Positions 1-10,532 of a stretch of 64,000 nt of DNA are shown here, in pieces. The notes under the pieces were generated by a model. That model searched no databases. It was not told where the DNA came from and was given only the letters and a program-made list of their open reading frames with translations. Position 1 is the stretch's first letter; each line of letters starts with the position of its first letter. The stretch is taken from assembly GCA_963839715.1 (NCBI GenBank), contig CAWIVX010000006.1, forward strand, positions 305,616-369,615, written 5' to 3'. Source of the stretch: an uncultured Actinomycetota bacterium. Lineage in GTDB: Bacteria; Actinomycetota; Actinomycetes; Actinomycetales; Microbacteriaceae. The position numbers and the translations under genes were made by a program.

Positions 1-400
1 GGGTCTTGGGGGAGGACCGGTTGATCTCGTCTGCGATGACGATGTGCGCGAAGATCGCGCCCGGCTTGAACTCGAACTCGCGGTCGACCGGATTGAAGAC
101 GCTGACGCCGGTCACGTCACCCGGCAGCAGGTCGGGTGTGAACTGGATGCGGCGCACGGTCGCGTCGACCGAGGCAGCGAGCGCGCGGGCGAGCATCGTC
201 TTGCCGACCCCGGGCACATCTTCGATGAGCAGGTGGCCCTCAGCCAGCAGACACACCAGTGCGCTGCGCACCGCTTCGGGCTTGCCGTCGATCACCCGGC
301 CGACGGAGGCCAGGATGCCGTCCGTGACGCGCGCGAAGCTCTCCGCGGTCATCGCTCCCGGCGCGCTGGTCACGGCATCCGTCGTCGCTGTGTCTGCCAA
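1..400 (-). CDS. moxR: MoxR-family AAA+ ATPase (5' part; runs off the window start)
   Basis: Reverse translation gives [13 protein letters not shown] (Walker A), [15 protein letters not shown] and [12 protein letters not shown]. Start is TTG at 400 or ATG at 352. Confidence 0.9.
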   Translation of the reverse strand, partial: MADTATTDAVTSAPGAMTAESFARVTDGILASVGRVIDGKPEAVRSALVCLLAEGHLLIEDVPGVGKTMLARALAASVDATVRRIQFTPDLLPGDVTGVSVFNPVDREFEFKPGAIFAHIVIADEINRSSPKT

Positions 401-550
401 AAGCGCCCCCTGGATCAGCGTCCGCGGGCGTCGTCACCCACCTGTCGATCGTAACGTGGGCCGGTGCACAGTGGGCCTGGGAGATCGCTGGCTGCGGGTG
501 CGCGCGAACGGTTCCGCCCGGGGTCCGCGTGTGACCCGCCTCGTACCGGC

Positions 551-1021
551 ATGATGACACCCATGACCGACACCGCCCGGCGAACACGCATCACCCTCAT
601 CGCGCTGTTCGCCGGGGTGCTCCTGGTCGTGGTCGTCGCGCTGGTAGCCGTGTTCGCGCGGGGTGGCGCCGCACCACTGGATCCCGGCACGCCGGAGGGG
701 GTGGTGCAGCGGTATTCCCAAGCTCTCGTCGACGGCGACGTGGACACGGCGCTCACCTACGTCGTGCCCGAGATCGCCGATTCGTGCGTGCCCAGGTTCG
801 TGAGTGACGAAGACGTGCGTATCAGTGTGCTGGAGAGCACAGAGCGCGACGACACAGCGAACGTCCGTGTGCTCATCGTCACCGTGTACGGGACGGGGCC
901 GCTCGGCGTCGACCAGTACGAGGCCGAATCCGCCTTCACCCTCGCGAAGGTGGACGGCGACTGGCTGGTCGAGGTAGCCCCCTGGCGACTGGCGGCCTGC
1001 GAGGACATGGGGACGCTATGA
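551..1021 (+). CDS. Hypothetical protein with an N-terminal TM anchor and an extracytoplasmic NTF2/lumazine-binding-like domain
   Basis: Hydrophobic segment LIALFAGVLLVVVVALVAVF, then PEGVVQRY..AL.DGD and C-terminal F.L.KVDGDWLV. Overlaps the next start (ATGA). Confidence 0.7.
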   Translation: MMTPMTDTARRTRITLIALFAGVLLVVVVALVAVFARGGAAPLDPGTPEGVVQRYSQALVDGDVDTALTYVVPEIADSCVPRFVSDEDVRISVLESTERDDTANVRVLIVTVYGTGPLGVDQYEAESAFTLAKVDGDWLVEVAPWRLAACEDMGTL

Positions 1022-2639
1022 CCACTCGCGTGCAATCCGGCGGACGCGCGCAGTCGGCGGTGCGCCGCGTCATCCTCTTCGTGATCCTCTTCGCCCTCGT
1101 CGCCGTGGGGGCGACGGGCATCAGCGGCCTGCTGGAGCGGGTGCTCGGCGCCACCAGCGTGATCGTCTCGAACGATGCCGCACTCGCTCTCTCGCTCGCC
1201 TACGCACTCATCGCGGGTCCGCTGGCGGGTGTCCTGTGGTGGTGGGAGCGCCGCAGACTGATCGCCGACCCGTCGGAAAGAGCATCGCTTGCGTGGGCCC
1301 TGTATGTGACGGCGATGTCGCTGACCTCACTGATCGTCTCGACCACAGCGTTGGTCGGCGCAGCCGCGGCGGGCATCGATGGGGAATGGCGGCCCGCGGA
1401 GCTGTCGACCGGAATCGTCTGGCTCGCCGTATGGTTCTGGCACCGTCACATGCGCCGCAGCGCGGCCACAGCGCCCACGCGTCTCGTCGACGTGCCCACC
1501 GGACTGGGTGCGATCTACGGGCTCGCTGTGGCCGCGTCCGGTGCGATCACCCTCATCGCTGTCGTTCTCACGCAGGCGATCCTCGGCGGCTCGATCGTCA
1601 TCGTCGGATCGCAGTACTGGCTCACCATCGCTCTGCAGAGCCTGCTCTGGTGCGCGATGGGCACGCTGGTGTGGTGGTGGCACTGGTTCAGGGAACAGGC
1701 GAAGGACGCGCCCGGTGGTTTCGCCTCCGTGCTCGTGATCGTCGTGGTCGCGGCGGCCGCCGCGACCACTCTGTTCGCGATCGGGGGCGTGCTGCTGATC
1801 GCACTCCGACTCCTGTTCGACACCGATCCTGCGGCCGACATCGTGTCGGAGCTCGATGTGGCCCTTGCGGCCGCCCTCGTGGGCGCGATCGTCTGGGTGT
1901 ATCACGCGCATGTGCTCGCGAGCCGCTCCGCGAGAAGCCGTCGCGCCGCGCGACTCGTGGTCTCTGCCATAGCCCTCGTCGGTGCCGCGAGCGGCTTCGG
2001 AGTTGTTGTCAACTCGTTGCTGGCGACCTTCTCCGGCGCGCTCGTCGGCGACGACTCGCACACTGCTGCTGGGCGGCGTCAGTTCGCTCGTGGTCGGCGG
2101 CACGGCGTGGGCGATCGCCTGGCGACCGACGCGCGCGGTGGAGCCGGCGGAGGCCACCGATCCTGCACGACGCGTCTACCTCGTCGTGATCTTCGGCGCG
2201 AGCGCCGTCGTCGCGATCGTGACCCTCCTCATCATCGGCTTCCGGATCTTCGAGTTCGTCCTCGAGGTGGGGGGCTCGGATGGCTTCATCGAGCGTGTTC
2301 GCGCGCCGCTCGGCCTGCTGAGTTCGACGGCGGTGGTGTTCGCCTATCACTTCACGATCTGGCGCCGCGATCGATCGCATCGTGCCGCCGGCCGCACGCC
2401 GGCAGGTGATCGGCAAGGTCGTCGTGGTCAGTGCCGGCGATGTGACCGCCCTCACAGCGGCCATTCGCGCCGATACGGGGGCGGCGGTGTCGCTGTGGCC
2501 CGTAGCGGTGGGCACGCCCGGGGTGGTCGACGCCGATGCCCCCGCGGTGCTCGAGCTGCTGGCCGCGTCCGACGCACGCCGAGTGCTCGTGATCGCCGGT
2601 GAGAGCGGCGGTGTGCGGGTCATCCCGCTGGCCGAGTGA
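1018..2639 (+). CDS. Polytopic membrane protein, DUF5671-like repeats (apparent frameshifts near 2058 and 2398)
   Basis: Repeated TM units ending W.WH / VWVYH / FAYH and an RRVYL motif. The frame continues through ORFs 1018, 1982 and 2382. Confidence 0.7.
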
Positions 2640-2686
2640 CCAGACCGCGCTGAAGCGCGCCTCGGCGATCGGGTTAGACTTGGGGC

Positions 2687-2775
2687 AGCTCTCCGCGAGG
2701 CGGCATCCAGGCCAACTCCCCCAGGACGGAAACGTAGCAAGGGTAACCAGGCTCTGCCGGGTTCGCGGAGAGTCT
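2687..2775 (+). ncRNA. ffs: Signal recognition particle RNA (small bacterial 4.5S type)
   Basis: Closing stem CTCTCCGCG/CGCGGAGAG, domain IV core CCAGG-ACG-GAAA-CGT-AGCAAGG, -10 TAGACT at 2675-2680, T-rich tail. Confidence 0.88.
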
Positions 2776-2803
2776 TACTTTTTCTCGAGCCGTTCCGGAA
2801 TCC

Positions 2804-3484
2804 TCACCGGGCGAACGGACCGTCGATCGCCGCCCATTGCAGCAGCATGATGGTCTTCGCGTCCTGGATGCGGCCGTCGCGGATCATCGCGAGCGACTCG
2901 TCGAAGTCGAGCTCGACGACGTCGATGTCCTCGCCTTCGTGCGCGAGCCCGCCCCCGGCCCCCGTGCGTGAAGAGGCGTCGTACGCCGCCGCGAAGAAGT
3001 GGAGCCGCTCGGTGACCGATCCGGGACTCATGTAGACGTCGAAGACGTGCTCGAGCTCCCCGATCTGCACGCCCGTCTCCTCGGCCGTCTCCCGTCGGAT
3101 CGCCGTCGCGGGGTCGTCGTCGTCCAGGAGTCCCGCCGCGGTCTCGATCAGCATGCCGTCGGGGTGGTCGTTCACGTAGACCGGATAGCGGAACTGCCGC
3201 GTGAGCAGCACCGTGTGCAGGTCGCGGTTGTACAGCAGCACTGTGGCGCCGTTTCCCCGGTCATAGGTCTCGCGCTGCTGGCGGGTCCACACGCCGTCGG
3301 CGCCCTCGTACTCGAGGGTCGTGCGCCGAAGCACGTGCCACCCCGCAGCCAGAAGCTCAACGTCGACGACGCGCACGCGCGGATTCCCGGTCAGATCGCG
3401 GCCGATGCGGTCGAGTCCGGTACGGCCACGGTGATCGGGAACGTCGACTCCGGGGACGGATGCTGCGGATGCCTCGGCGCTCAT
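2804..3484 (-). CDS. nudK: NUDIX hydrolase, GDP-mannose pyrophosphatase NudK-like
   Basis: RETYDRGNGA, RQFRYP, Nudix box GLLD..DP..AIRRETAEETG, YMSPGSVTE, DAKT. Confidence 0.85.
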   Translation of the reverse strand: MSAEASAASVPGVDVPDHRGRTGLDRIGRDLTGNPRVRVVDVELLAAGWHVLRRTTLEYEGADGVWTRQQRETYDRGNGATVLLYNRDLHTVLLTRQFRYPVYVNDHPDGMLIETAAGLLDDDDPATAIRRETAEETGVQIGELEHVFDVYMSPGSVTERLHFFAAAYDASSRTGAGGGLAHEGEDIDVVELDFDESLAMIRDGRIQDAKTIMLLQWAAIDGPFAR

Positions 3485-3561
3485 GAACCGGAGCCTAGCG
3501 TCGGGCCAACGGCACCCGACGCGCATCGGCTCGCGCACGACGCGGCGCATAGGCTGTGCTC

Positions 3562-5706
3562 GTGGCGCAGAGCATCTTCATCACGTCGGCCGAGGGCCAT
3601 TCGGGGAAGTCCACCGTGGCTCTCGGAGTCCTTGAGGCGCTCAGTCACGCCACGCCCAAGGTCGGGGTGTTCCGTGCGATCGCGCGCTCGACCGTGGAGC
3701 GCGACTACGTCCTGGAGATGCTGCTCGCCCACGACGGCGTCGATCTCGCGTACGAGGACTGTGTGGGCGTGACGTACGACGACGTGCGTACGGACCCGGA
3801 TGCCGCGCTCGCCACGATCGTCGAACGATTCAAGGCCGTGGAGGCGCAGTGCGACGCCGTGGTCGTGGTCGGCAGCGACTACACGGACGTCGGCAGTCCG
3901 GCGGAGCTCGCCTACAACGCCCGGATCGCCGCGAACCTGGGCGCGCCGGTGCTGCTGGTGCTCGGCGGTCGCTCCGCGCAGGACGAGACCCAGCCCGAGC
4001 TTCTGGGCTCGTCGCTGCCCCGCACGGCCGCCGAGATGGGTCAGATCGCCGACCTCGCGCTCACCGAGCTGGCCCACGAGCGGGCCGAGCTGTTCGCCGT
4101 CGTCGCGAACCGCGCCGATCCCGACACCGCCGCCGACGCGATCGCCGCGATCGAGCGGTCTCTGGCGGGTCACGTCCGGCTGGCGCCGAGCACGGTGCCC
4201 GTGTGGGCGATCCCCGAGGACCGCTACCTCGTCGCTCCGTCCATGCGCGGCATCATGCGCTCGGTCGACGGCGAGCTGCTCTCCGGTGATCCTGATCGAC
4301 TCACCCGCGAGGCGCTCGGAGTCGTGGTCGCCGGCATGTCGATGGTCAACGTGCTGCCGCGTCTTCTCGAGGGCGCCGTGGTCATCATCCCCGCCGACCG
4401 CTCCGAAGTGCTGCTCGCGACCCTGCTCGCGAACGCCTCGGGCACATTCCCGTCGATCTCGGGCATCGTGCTCAACGGCGGCTTCGAACTGCCCGAGCCC
4501 GTGGCGCGGCTGCTGGACGGCCTGGGCTCCAATGTGCCGATCGTCACGACCGACCTCGGGACCTACGAGACGGCCGTGCGCATCATGAGCACCCGCGGCC
4601 GCCTGGCCGCAGATTCGCAGCGCCGCTACGACACCGCGCTGGCCCTCTTCGAGACGAACGTCGACACCGACGAGCTCCTGCGTGCGTTCGGCGTCGCGCG
4701 GGCGACCGTCGTCACGCCGCTCATGTTCGAGTTCCAGCTCATCGAGCGAGCGCGGTCGGTCCGCAAGCGCATCGTGCTGCCCGAAGGCGACGACGACCGG
4801 GTGCTCCGCGCGGCCGCCACCGTGCTCAAGCGCCGCATCGCCGACCTCGTCATCCTCGGCGAGCCGTTCGAGGTGCGCTCCCGCGCGGTCGAGCTCGGCA
4901 TCGACATCCAGCGCGCCGAGGTGCTCTCGCCGTTCGATCCCGTGCACGTCGCGAAGTTCGCGGACGAGTACGCGCGACTCCGGGCCCACAAGGGCGTCAC
5001 GCTCGCGCAGGCATCCGACTCCGTCACCGACGTGTCGTACTTCGGCACGATGATGGTGCATCTCGGCCTGGCCGACGGCATGGTCTCCGGCGCCGCGCAC
5101 ACGACGGCCCACACCATCCGCCCGGCATTCGAGATCATCAAGACCAGGCCCGGGGTCTCGGTGGTCTCGTCCGTGTTCCTCATGGCACTCGCCGATCGCG
5201 TCCTCGTCTACGGCGACTGCGCCGTGATCCCCGATCCCACGTCGGAGCAGCTCGCCGACATCGCGATCTCCTCCGCCGCGACGGCGACGCAGTTCGGGAT
5301 CGAGCCCCGCATCGCGATGCTGTCGTACTCGACGGGGGAGTCGGGCTCGGGCGCTGAAGTCGAGAAGGTCCGCGCGGCGACCGCGCTCGTGCGCGAGCGG
5401 GCGCCGCAGCTGCTGGTGGAGGGCCCGATCCAGTACGACGCCGCCGCCGACGTCGCCGTGGCGGCGGCCAAGATGCCGGGGTCGGCCGTGGCCGGCCGTG
5501 CGACGGTGTTCATCTTCCCCGACCTGAACACCGGCAACAACACGTACAAGGCGGTGCAGCGCTCAGCCGGTGCCGTCGCGATCGGCCCGGTGCTGCAGGG
5601 CCTGAACAAGCCGATCAACGATCTCTCACGCGGTGCACTCGTGGACGACATCGTCAACACGATCGCGATCACCGCAATCCAGGCGCAGGGCGAGGTGCCG
5701 GCGTGA
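3562..5706 (+). CDS. pta: Phosphate acetyltransferase (long AAA_26-DRTGG-PTA form)
   Basis: SGKS N-terminus, IVLPEG, GMVSGA.HTT, FIFPDLNTGNNTYKAVQR, DLSRG. Confidence 0.96.
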   Translation: MAQSIFITSAEGHSGKSTVALGVLEALSHATPKVGVFRAIARSTVERDYVLEMLLAHDGVDLAYEDCVGVTYDDVRTDPDAALATIVERFKAVEAQCDAVVVVGSDYTDVGSPAELAYNARIAANLGAPVLLVLGGRSAQDETQPELLGSSLPRTAAEMGQIADLALTELAHERAELFAVVANRADPDTAADAIAAIERSLAGHVRLAPSTVPVWAIPEDRYLVAPSMRGIMRSVDGELLSGDPDRLTREALGVVVAGMSMVNVLPRLLEGAVVIIPADRSEVLLATLLANASGTFPSISGIVLNGGFELPEPVARLLDGLGSNVPIVTTDLGTYETAVRIMSTRGRLAADSQRRYDTALALFETNVDTDELLRAFGVARATVVTPLMFEFQLIERARSVRKRIVLPEGDDDRVLRAAATVLKRRIADLVILGEPFEVRSRAVELGIDIQRAEVLSPFDPVHVAKFADEYARLRAHKGVTLAQASDSVTDVSYFGTMMVHLGLADGMVSGAAHTTAHTIRPAFEIIKTRPGVSVVSSVFLMALADRVLVYGDCAVIPDPTSEQLADIAISSAATATQFGIEPRIAMLSYSTGESGSGAEVEKVRAATALVRERAPQLLVEGPIQYDAAADVAVAAAKMPGSAVAGRATVFIFPDLNTGNNTYKAVQRSAGAVAIGPVLQGLNKPINDLSRGALVDDIVNTIAITAIQAQGEVPA

Positions 5707-6947
5707 GCGTCGTCCTGGTGGTCAACAGCGGCTCGTCGTCGTTCAAATACCAGTTGATCGACATGGATGCCGCCACCGTCCTCGCGTCGGGACTCGTGGA
5801 GCGGATCGGCGAGCGATCCACCGACGGAGGGCCGGTCGGGCGCTCATCGCACACGGTCTTCGCTCCGCCTCGCGACGGCCCGGCGCCCGCCATGCTGAAC
5901 GCGACCTACGACCGCGAGCTCCCGATCCCCGACCACACCGCGGGCTTCGCCGTGATGCTCGAGGCGTTCGCGCAGAACGGGCCCTCCCTGGACGACCACG
6001 CTCCGACGGCGGTCGGGCATCGCGTCGTCCACGGCGGCGCCCGCTTCTTCGAGCCCACGCTGATCTCGCCCGCGGTCGAGGCGGGCATCGACGAGCTCTC
6101 GGTGCTCGCGCCCCTCCACAATCCCGCCAACCTGGCCGGCATCGTCGCGGCGAAGAAGGCCTTTCCCGACGTGCCGCACGTGGCGGTGTTCGACACGGCG
6201 TTCCATCAGACGCTTCCGCGGGCGGCCTACACGTACGCGATCGACGCGGAGCTGGCGGCATCCCACAGCATCCGCCGGTACGGCTTCCATGGAACGTCGC
6301 ACAAGTTCGTCAGCGAAGCAGCCGCCGCCTTCCTCGGGAGGCCGCTGGCGGAGCTGAAGCAGATCGTGTTCCATCTCGGCAACGGCGCATCGGTCACGGC
6401 GATCGACGGCGGGCGCTCGGTGGAGACCTCGATGGGCCTCACACCGCTCGAGGGCCTCGTGATGGGCACCCGCTCCGGTGACATCGACCCCGCGGTGCTG
6501 TTCCACCTGGCACGGCGCGCCGACATGTCGATCGACGACCTCGACGATTTGCTCAACAAGCGGAGCGGCCTGCTCGGCCTCTCGGGATACTCCGACTACC
6601 GCGACATCCGCGCCGCCATGGAGGCCGGCGACGACAGCGCGATGCTGGCCTTCGAGGTGTACGTGCACCGGCTGCGCGCCTACGCCGGTGCCTACCTCGC
6701 ACAGCTGGGTGGCGTGGACGTCATCTCCTTCACGGCCGGAGTGGGGGAGAACACCCCACGTGTGCGCGCGGCCGCCCTCGAGACGCTCGGCTTCGCCGGC
6801 GTGGAGATCGACCCGGCACGCAACGAAAGCCCGGGTCGCGGCATCCGCCTCATCTCGACGGACGCCTCGCGCGTGGCCGTGCTGGTCGTGCCGACCGACG
6901 AGGAGATGGAGATCGCCCGTCAGAGTCTGCAGGCGGCGCGCGCCTGA
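5703..6947 (+). CDS. ackA: Acetate kinase
   Basis: VNSGSSSFKY, GHRVVHGG, APLHNP, FDTAFH, RYGFHGTSH, HLGNGAS, FTAGVGEN. Confidence 0.97.
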   Translation: MSVVLVVNSGSSSFKYQLIDMDAATVLASGLVERIGERSTDGGPVGRSSHTVFAPPRDGPAPAMLNATYDRELPIPDHTAGFAVMLEAFAQNGPSLDDHAPTAVGHRVVHGGARFFEPTLISPAVEAGIDELSVLAPLHNPANLAGIVAAKKAFPDVPHVAVFDTAFHQTLPRAAYTYAIDAELAASHSIRRYGFHGTSHKFVSEAAAAFLGRPLAELKQIVFHLGNGASVTAIDGGRSVETSMGLTPLEGLVMGTRSGDIDPAVLFHLARRADMSIDDLDDLLNKRSGLLGLSGYSDYRDIRAAMEAGDDSAMLAFEVYVHRLRAYAGAYLAQLGGVDVISFTAGVGENTPRVRAAALETLGFAGVEIDPARNESPGRGIRLISTDASRVAVLVVPTDEEMEIARQSLQAARA

Positions 6948-7059
6948 CCCTGTTCGGCATCGCCGGGTTACGGCGCGCGATGCCGTCGGACTACGCTGGC
7001 AGGACGGCACGAAGAGGCGCCGAGCCCCCCTCATATCCACCCCCGCCCGGAGGTTCTGC

Positions 7060-7860
7060 GTGGCCCACGACCCCCTGCCCGATCTCGCCTCGTACGACGC
7101 CGTGCTGTTCGATCTGGACGGTGTGCTGACGCCCACCGCCGAGGTGCACATGCACGCCTGGCAGACGATGTTCGAGGAGCTGTTCGCGGCCTGGGACATC
7201 GAGCCGCCGTACACCGAGCGCGACTACTTCGACTACCTCGACGGCAAGAAGCGCTATGACGGCGTCGCGTCGCTGCTGCGCAGCCGCGACGTCGAGGTGC
7301 CGTGGGGCGATCCGTCGGACGATCCCTCCGTCGACACGGTCTGCGGCATCGGCAATCGCAAGAACGAGGTGTTCTCCCGCGTGCTGCGTGCCGAGGGCAT
7401 CGTCGCGTATCCCGGATCGGTCGCGCTCCTGGACGAGCTCGAGGCCGCCGGCATCCCCACCGCCGTCGTGTCGAGCTCGAAGAACGCCGACGAGGTCCTG
7501 CGGTCGGCCGGCCTGCGCGAGAGGTTCACGGTCGTGATGGACGGCGTGATCGCCGAGCGCGACCACCTCGCGTCCAAGCCCGCCCCCGACGTGTTCGTCG
7601 AGGCGGCGCGGATGCTGGGGGTCGACCCCGCACGCAGTGTCGCCGTCGAGGACGCCATCAGCGGTGTGCAGTCCGCCGCGGCGGGCGGGTTCGCGCTCGT
7701 GATCGGCGTGGATCGGGGAACGGGTCCCGACGAGCTGCGCAGCGCCGGCGCTCACCTCGTCGTCGAGGATCTCGCCGAACTCCTCAGCAGACCCGGGCCC
7801 GGCGCTTCCGCGTCAGAGCCCCCCGCACCCGCCTCCGATGCGCAGGAGAAGTCCGAATGA
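7060..7860 (+). CDS. HAD-IA hydrolase, beta-phosphoglucomutase family
   Basis: FDLDGVLT, VSSSKNA, KPAPD, VEDAISGV. Coupled to a GH65 gene. Start approximate. Confidence 0.85.
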   Translation: MAHDPLPDLASYDAVLFDLDGVLTPTAEVHMHAWQTMFEELFAAWDIEPPYTERDYFDYLDGKKRYDGVASLLRSRDVEVPWGDPSDDPSVDTVCGIGNRKNEVFSRVLRAEGIVAYPGSVALLDELEAAGIPTAVVSSSKNADEVLRSAGLRERFTVVMDGVIAERDHLASKPAPDVFVEAARMLGVDPARSVAVEDAISGVQSAAAGGFALVIGVDRGTGPDELRSAGAHLVVEDLAELLSRPGPGASASEPPAPASDAQEKSE

Positions 7861-10376
7861 TCGACCGCGACCGGTTCCCCGTCGACCCCTGGTGCCTCAT
7901 CGAGGACGAGTGCTCGCTCGATGATGTGGCAGTCACCGAGACGCTGTTCTCCGTCGGGAACGGCTACCTGGGTCTGCGCGGCAATCACATCGAGGGCCGC
8001 TTCGCCCACGAGCACGGCACCTTCGTCAACGGCTTCCACGAGACCTTCCCGATCCGCCACGCCGAGCAGGCCTACGGATTCGCCGAGGTCGGGCAGACGA
8101 TCATCAACGCGCCCGACGCGAAGGTCATGCGGGTCTACGTCGACGACGAGCCGCTCTCGCTCGACGTCGCGGACGTGCGCGAGTACACCCGCACGCTCGA
8201 CATGCGCGCCGGCGTGCTGCGGCGCCGGGTGCGGTGGACGACGCCGTCGGGCAAGGACGTCCTGATCGAGGACGACCGCCTGGTCTCGTTCGAGGAGAAG
8301 CACCTCGCGGTGCTGCGGCTCGAGGTCACCGTCCTGAACGCCGACGCCCCCGTGACGATCAACTGCCAGGTGATCAACCGGCAGGACGGCGAGGACGTCT
8401 ACGGCGGAAGCCCGACCCCCACGCGGAAGGGCGGCTTCGACCCCCGCAAGGCGGAGCGCATCCAGGAGCGGGTGCTGCAGCCGGAGGAGTACTGGCAGGA
8501 GGGTGGCCGGTCCGTCCTTTCGTACCGGGTGACCGACTCGGGCATGACCGCGGCTGTGGTCGCCGATCACCTGATCGACACGGAGAACGAGTACAACGCC
8601 CGCACGCTGGTCGAGCCCGACATCGCCAAGAACGTGTTCCGCGTGCAGGCCAAGGCCGGCGTGCCCATTCGCGTGACCAAGCTCGTGAGCTACCACACGT
8701 CGCGCGGCGTACCGGCCCGCGAACTCGTCGACCGCTGCCGCCGCACCCTCGACCGCGTCGAGTTCGAGGGCGTGGAGCGTCAGTACGAGCGCCAGCGCAT
8801 CTGGCTCGACGGCTTCTGGGAGCGCTCGGACGTCTGCATCGGTGGCCAAGACGACCTGCAGCAGGCCACCCGCTGGTGCCTGTTCCAGCTCGCCCAGGCC
8901 GCGGCTCGCGCCGACGGGCAGGGAGTCCCCGCGAAGGGCGTCACCGGGTCGGGCTACAGCGGCCACTATTTCTGGGACACCGAGATCTACGTCCTCCCGT
9001 TCCTCGCCTACACGACGCCGCTCTGGGCGCGCAACGCGATCCGGATGCGGTATCTCATGCTTCCGGCTGCCCGTCGCCGTGCCCAGCAGCTCAACGAGCA
9101 CGGGGTGCTCTTCCCGTGGCGCACGATCAACGGCGAAGAGGCGTCGGCTTACTACGCGGCCGGAACCGCGCAGTACCACATCAACGCCGACGTGAGCTTC
9201 GCGCTGGCGAAGTACATCCGAGCCACGGGCGACACCGAATTCCTCCACCGCGAGGGCGTCGACATCGCGGTCGAGACCGCACGCCTGTGGGCGACCCTCG
9301 GCTTCTGGCGGACGAGCGACAGCGACGGAGAGGAGTCGTTCCACATCCACGGGGTCACCGGCCCGGACGAGTACACGACGGTCGTGAACGACAACCTGTT
9401 CACGAACGTCATGGCCCGGTTCAACCTGCGCTTCGCGGCGCGCACCGTGCGCGAGATGGCCGAGGATGACCCCGAGGCGTACCGGCTCATGGTGGACCGG
9501 CTGCATCTGGACTCCTCCGAGGCGGAGTCGTGGGATCGCGCGGCCGAGGCCATGCACATCCCGTTCAGCCCGGCCCTCGGCATCCACCCGCAGGATGCCG
9601 TGTTCCTCGAGCGTGAGGTCTGGGATCTCGAGCACACGCCGTCCGACCAGCGGCCGCTGCTGCTGCACTTCCACCCGCTCGTGATCTACCGCTACCAGGT
9701 GCTCAAGCAGGCCGACGTGGTGCTCGCGCTGTTCCTGCAGGGCAATCACTTCTCCGACGAGGACAAGCTCGCCGACTTCGAGTACTACGACCCGCTGACC
9801 ACCGGCGACTCCACCCTGTCGGCGGTCGTGCAGGCCATCCTGGCCGCGGAGGTCGGCTATCAGGACCTCGCGCTGGAGTACTTCCGGCAGTCGATCTTCG
9901 TCGACCTCGGCGACCTGCACCACAACGCCGCCGACGGCGTGCACGTCGCCTCGGCGGGCGGCGTCTGGACGGCGCTCGTGTGCGGTTTCGGCGGGATGCG
10001 GGATCACTTCGGCGAGCTGTCGTTCGATCCCCGACTGCCCGCGGACTGGCCCGAGCTGTCGTACGCGCTCCACTGGCACGGCACGCCGCTGCGCGTCACC
10101 CTGACCCGCGACACGCTGCGGGTCTCGGCGGGCGACGAGGGCGAGCCGCTCGTTTTCAGCGTGCGCGGCTCCGCGTACGCGTTGGGCCCCGGCGAAGAGG
10201 TCGTGGTGCCGCTGGCCGACCAGGGCCCTGTGATCTCGGGCCGTCCCTCGCTCAAGCAGTTCGCCGACGTCCGCCGGGAGGACGGCACGCTGCTGTCGGC
10301 ATCCGTCCCCACCGTCACGACGACGATCCCGATCATCGGTGCGGCCGCCGACGTCGAGCACGGCGTCGACGCCTGA
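7857..10376 (+). CDS. Glycoside hydrolase family 65 (trehalose/maltose/kojibiose-type phosphorylase)
   Basis: ETLFSVGNGYLGLRG, KGVTGSGYSGHYFWDTE, GPDEY, KQADVV, DSTLS. Confidence 0.93.
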   Translation: MIDRDRFPVDPWCLIEDECSLDDVAVTETLFSVGNGYLGLRGNHIEGRFAHEHGTFVNGFHETFPIRHAEQAYGFAEVGQTIINAPDAKVMRVYVDDEPLSLDVADVREYTRTLDMRAGVLRRRVRWTTPSGKDVLIEDDRLVSFEEKHLAVLRLEVTVLNADAPVTINCQVINRQDGEDVYGGSPTPTRKGGFDPRKAERIQERVLQPEEYWQEGGRSVLSYRVTDSGMTAAVVADHLIDTENEYNARTLVEPDIAKNVFRVQAKAGVPIRVTKLVSYHTSRGVPARELVDRCRRTLDRVEFEGVERQYERQRIWLDGFWERSDVCIGGQDDLQQATRWCLFQLAQAAARADGQGVPAKGVTGSGYSGHYFWDTEIYVLPFLAYTTPLWARNAIRMRYLMLPAARRRAQQLNEHGVLFPWRTINGEEASAYYAAGTAQYHINADVSFALAKYIRATGDTEFLHREGVDIAVETARLWATLGFWRTSDSDGEESFHIHGVTGPDEYTTVVNDNLFTNVMARFNLRFAARTVREMAEDDPEAYRLMVDRLHLDSSEAESWDRAAEAMHIPFSPALGIHPQDAVFLEREVWDLEHTPSDQRPLLLHFHPLVIYRYQVLKQADVVLALFLQGNHFSDEDKLADFEYYDPLTTGDSTLSAVVQAILAAEVGYQDLALEYFRQSIFVDLGDLHHNAADGVHVASAGGVWTALVCGFGGMRDHFGELSFDPRLPADWPELSYALHWHGTPLRVTLTRDTLRVSAGDEGEPLVFSVRGSAYALGPGEEVVVPLADQGPVISGRPSLKQFADVRREDGTLLSASVPTVTTTIPIIGAAADVEHGVDA

Positions 10377-10392
10377 CCGACGGCGCGGCGGT

Positions 10393-10461
10393 TTCAGGAC
10401 ATGCGCCCGGATCAGGACGGATCGCCGGCCGATCGTCCTGATCCTGGACGCAACTCCTGAA
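10393..10461. repeat. Intergenic nested palindrome (TTCAGGA...TCCTGAA, REP-like or terminator)
   Basis: Outer arms TTCAGGA/TCCTGAA and inner arms GGATCAGGACG/CGTCCTGATCC. Confidence 0.65.
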
Positions 10462-10532
10462 CACGACGCGGGCCGCCGAGGGAGCGCGCCCGCGCCCATC
10501 GCGATGTCGCGGCCACGCCGTAGGCTGGGTGC

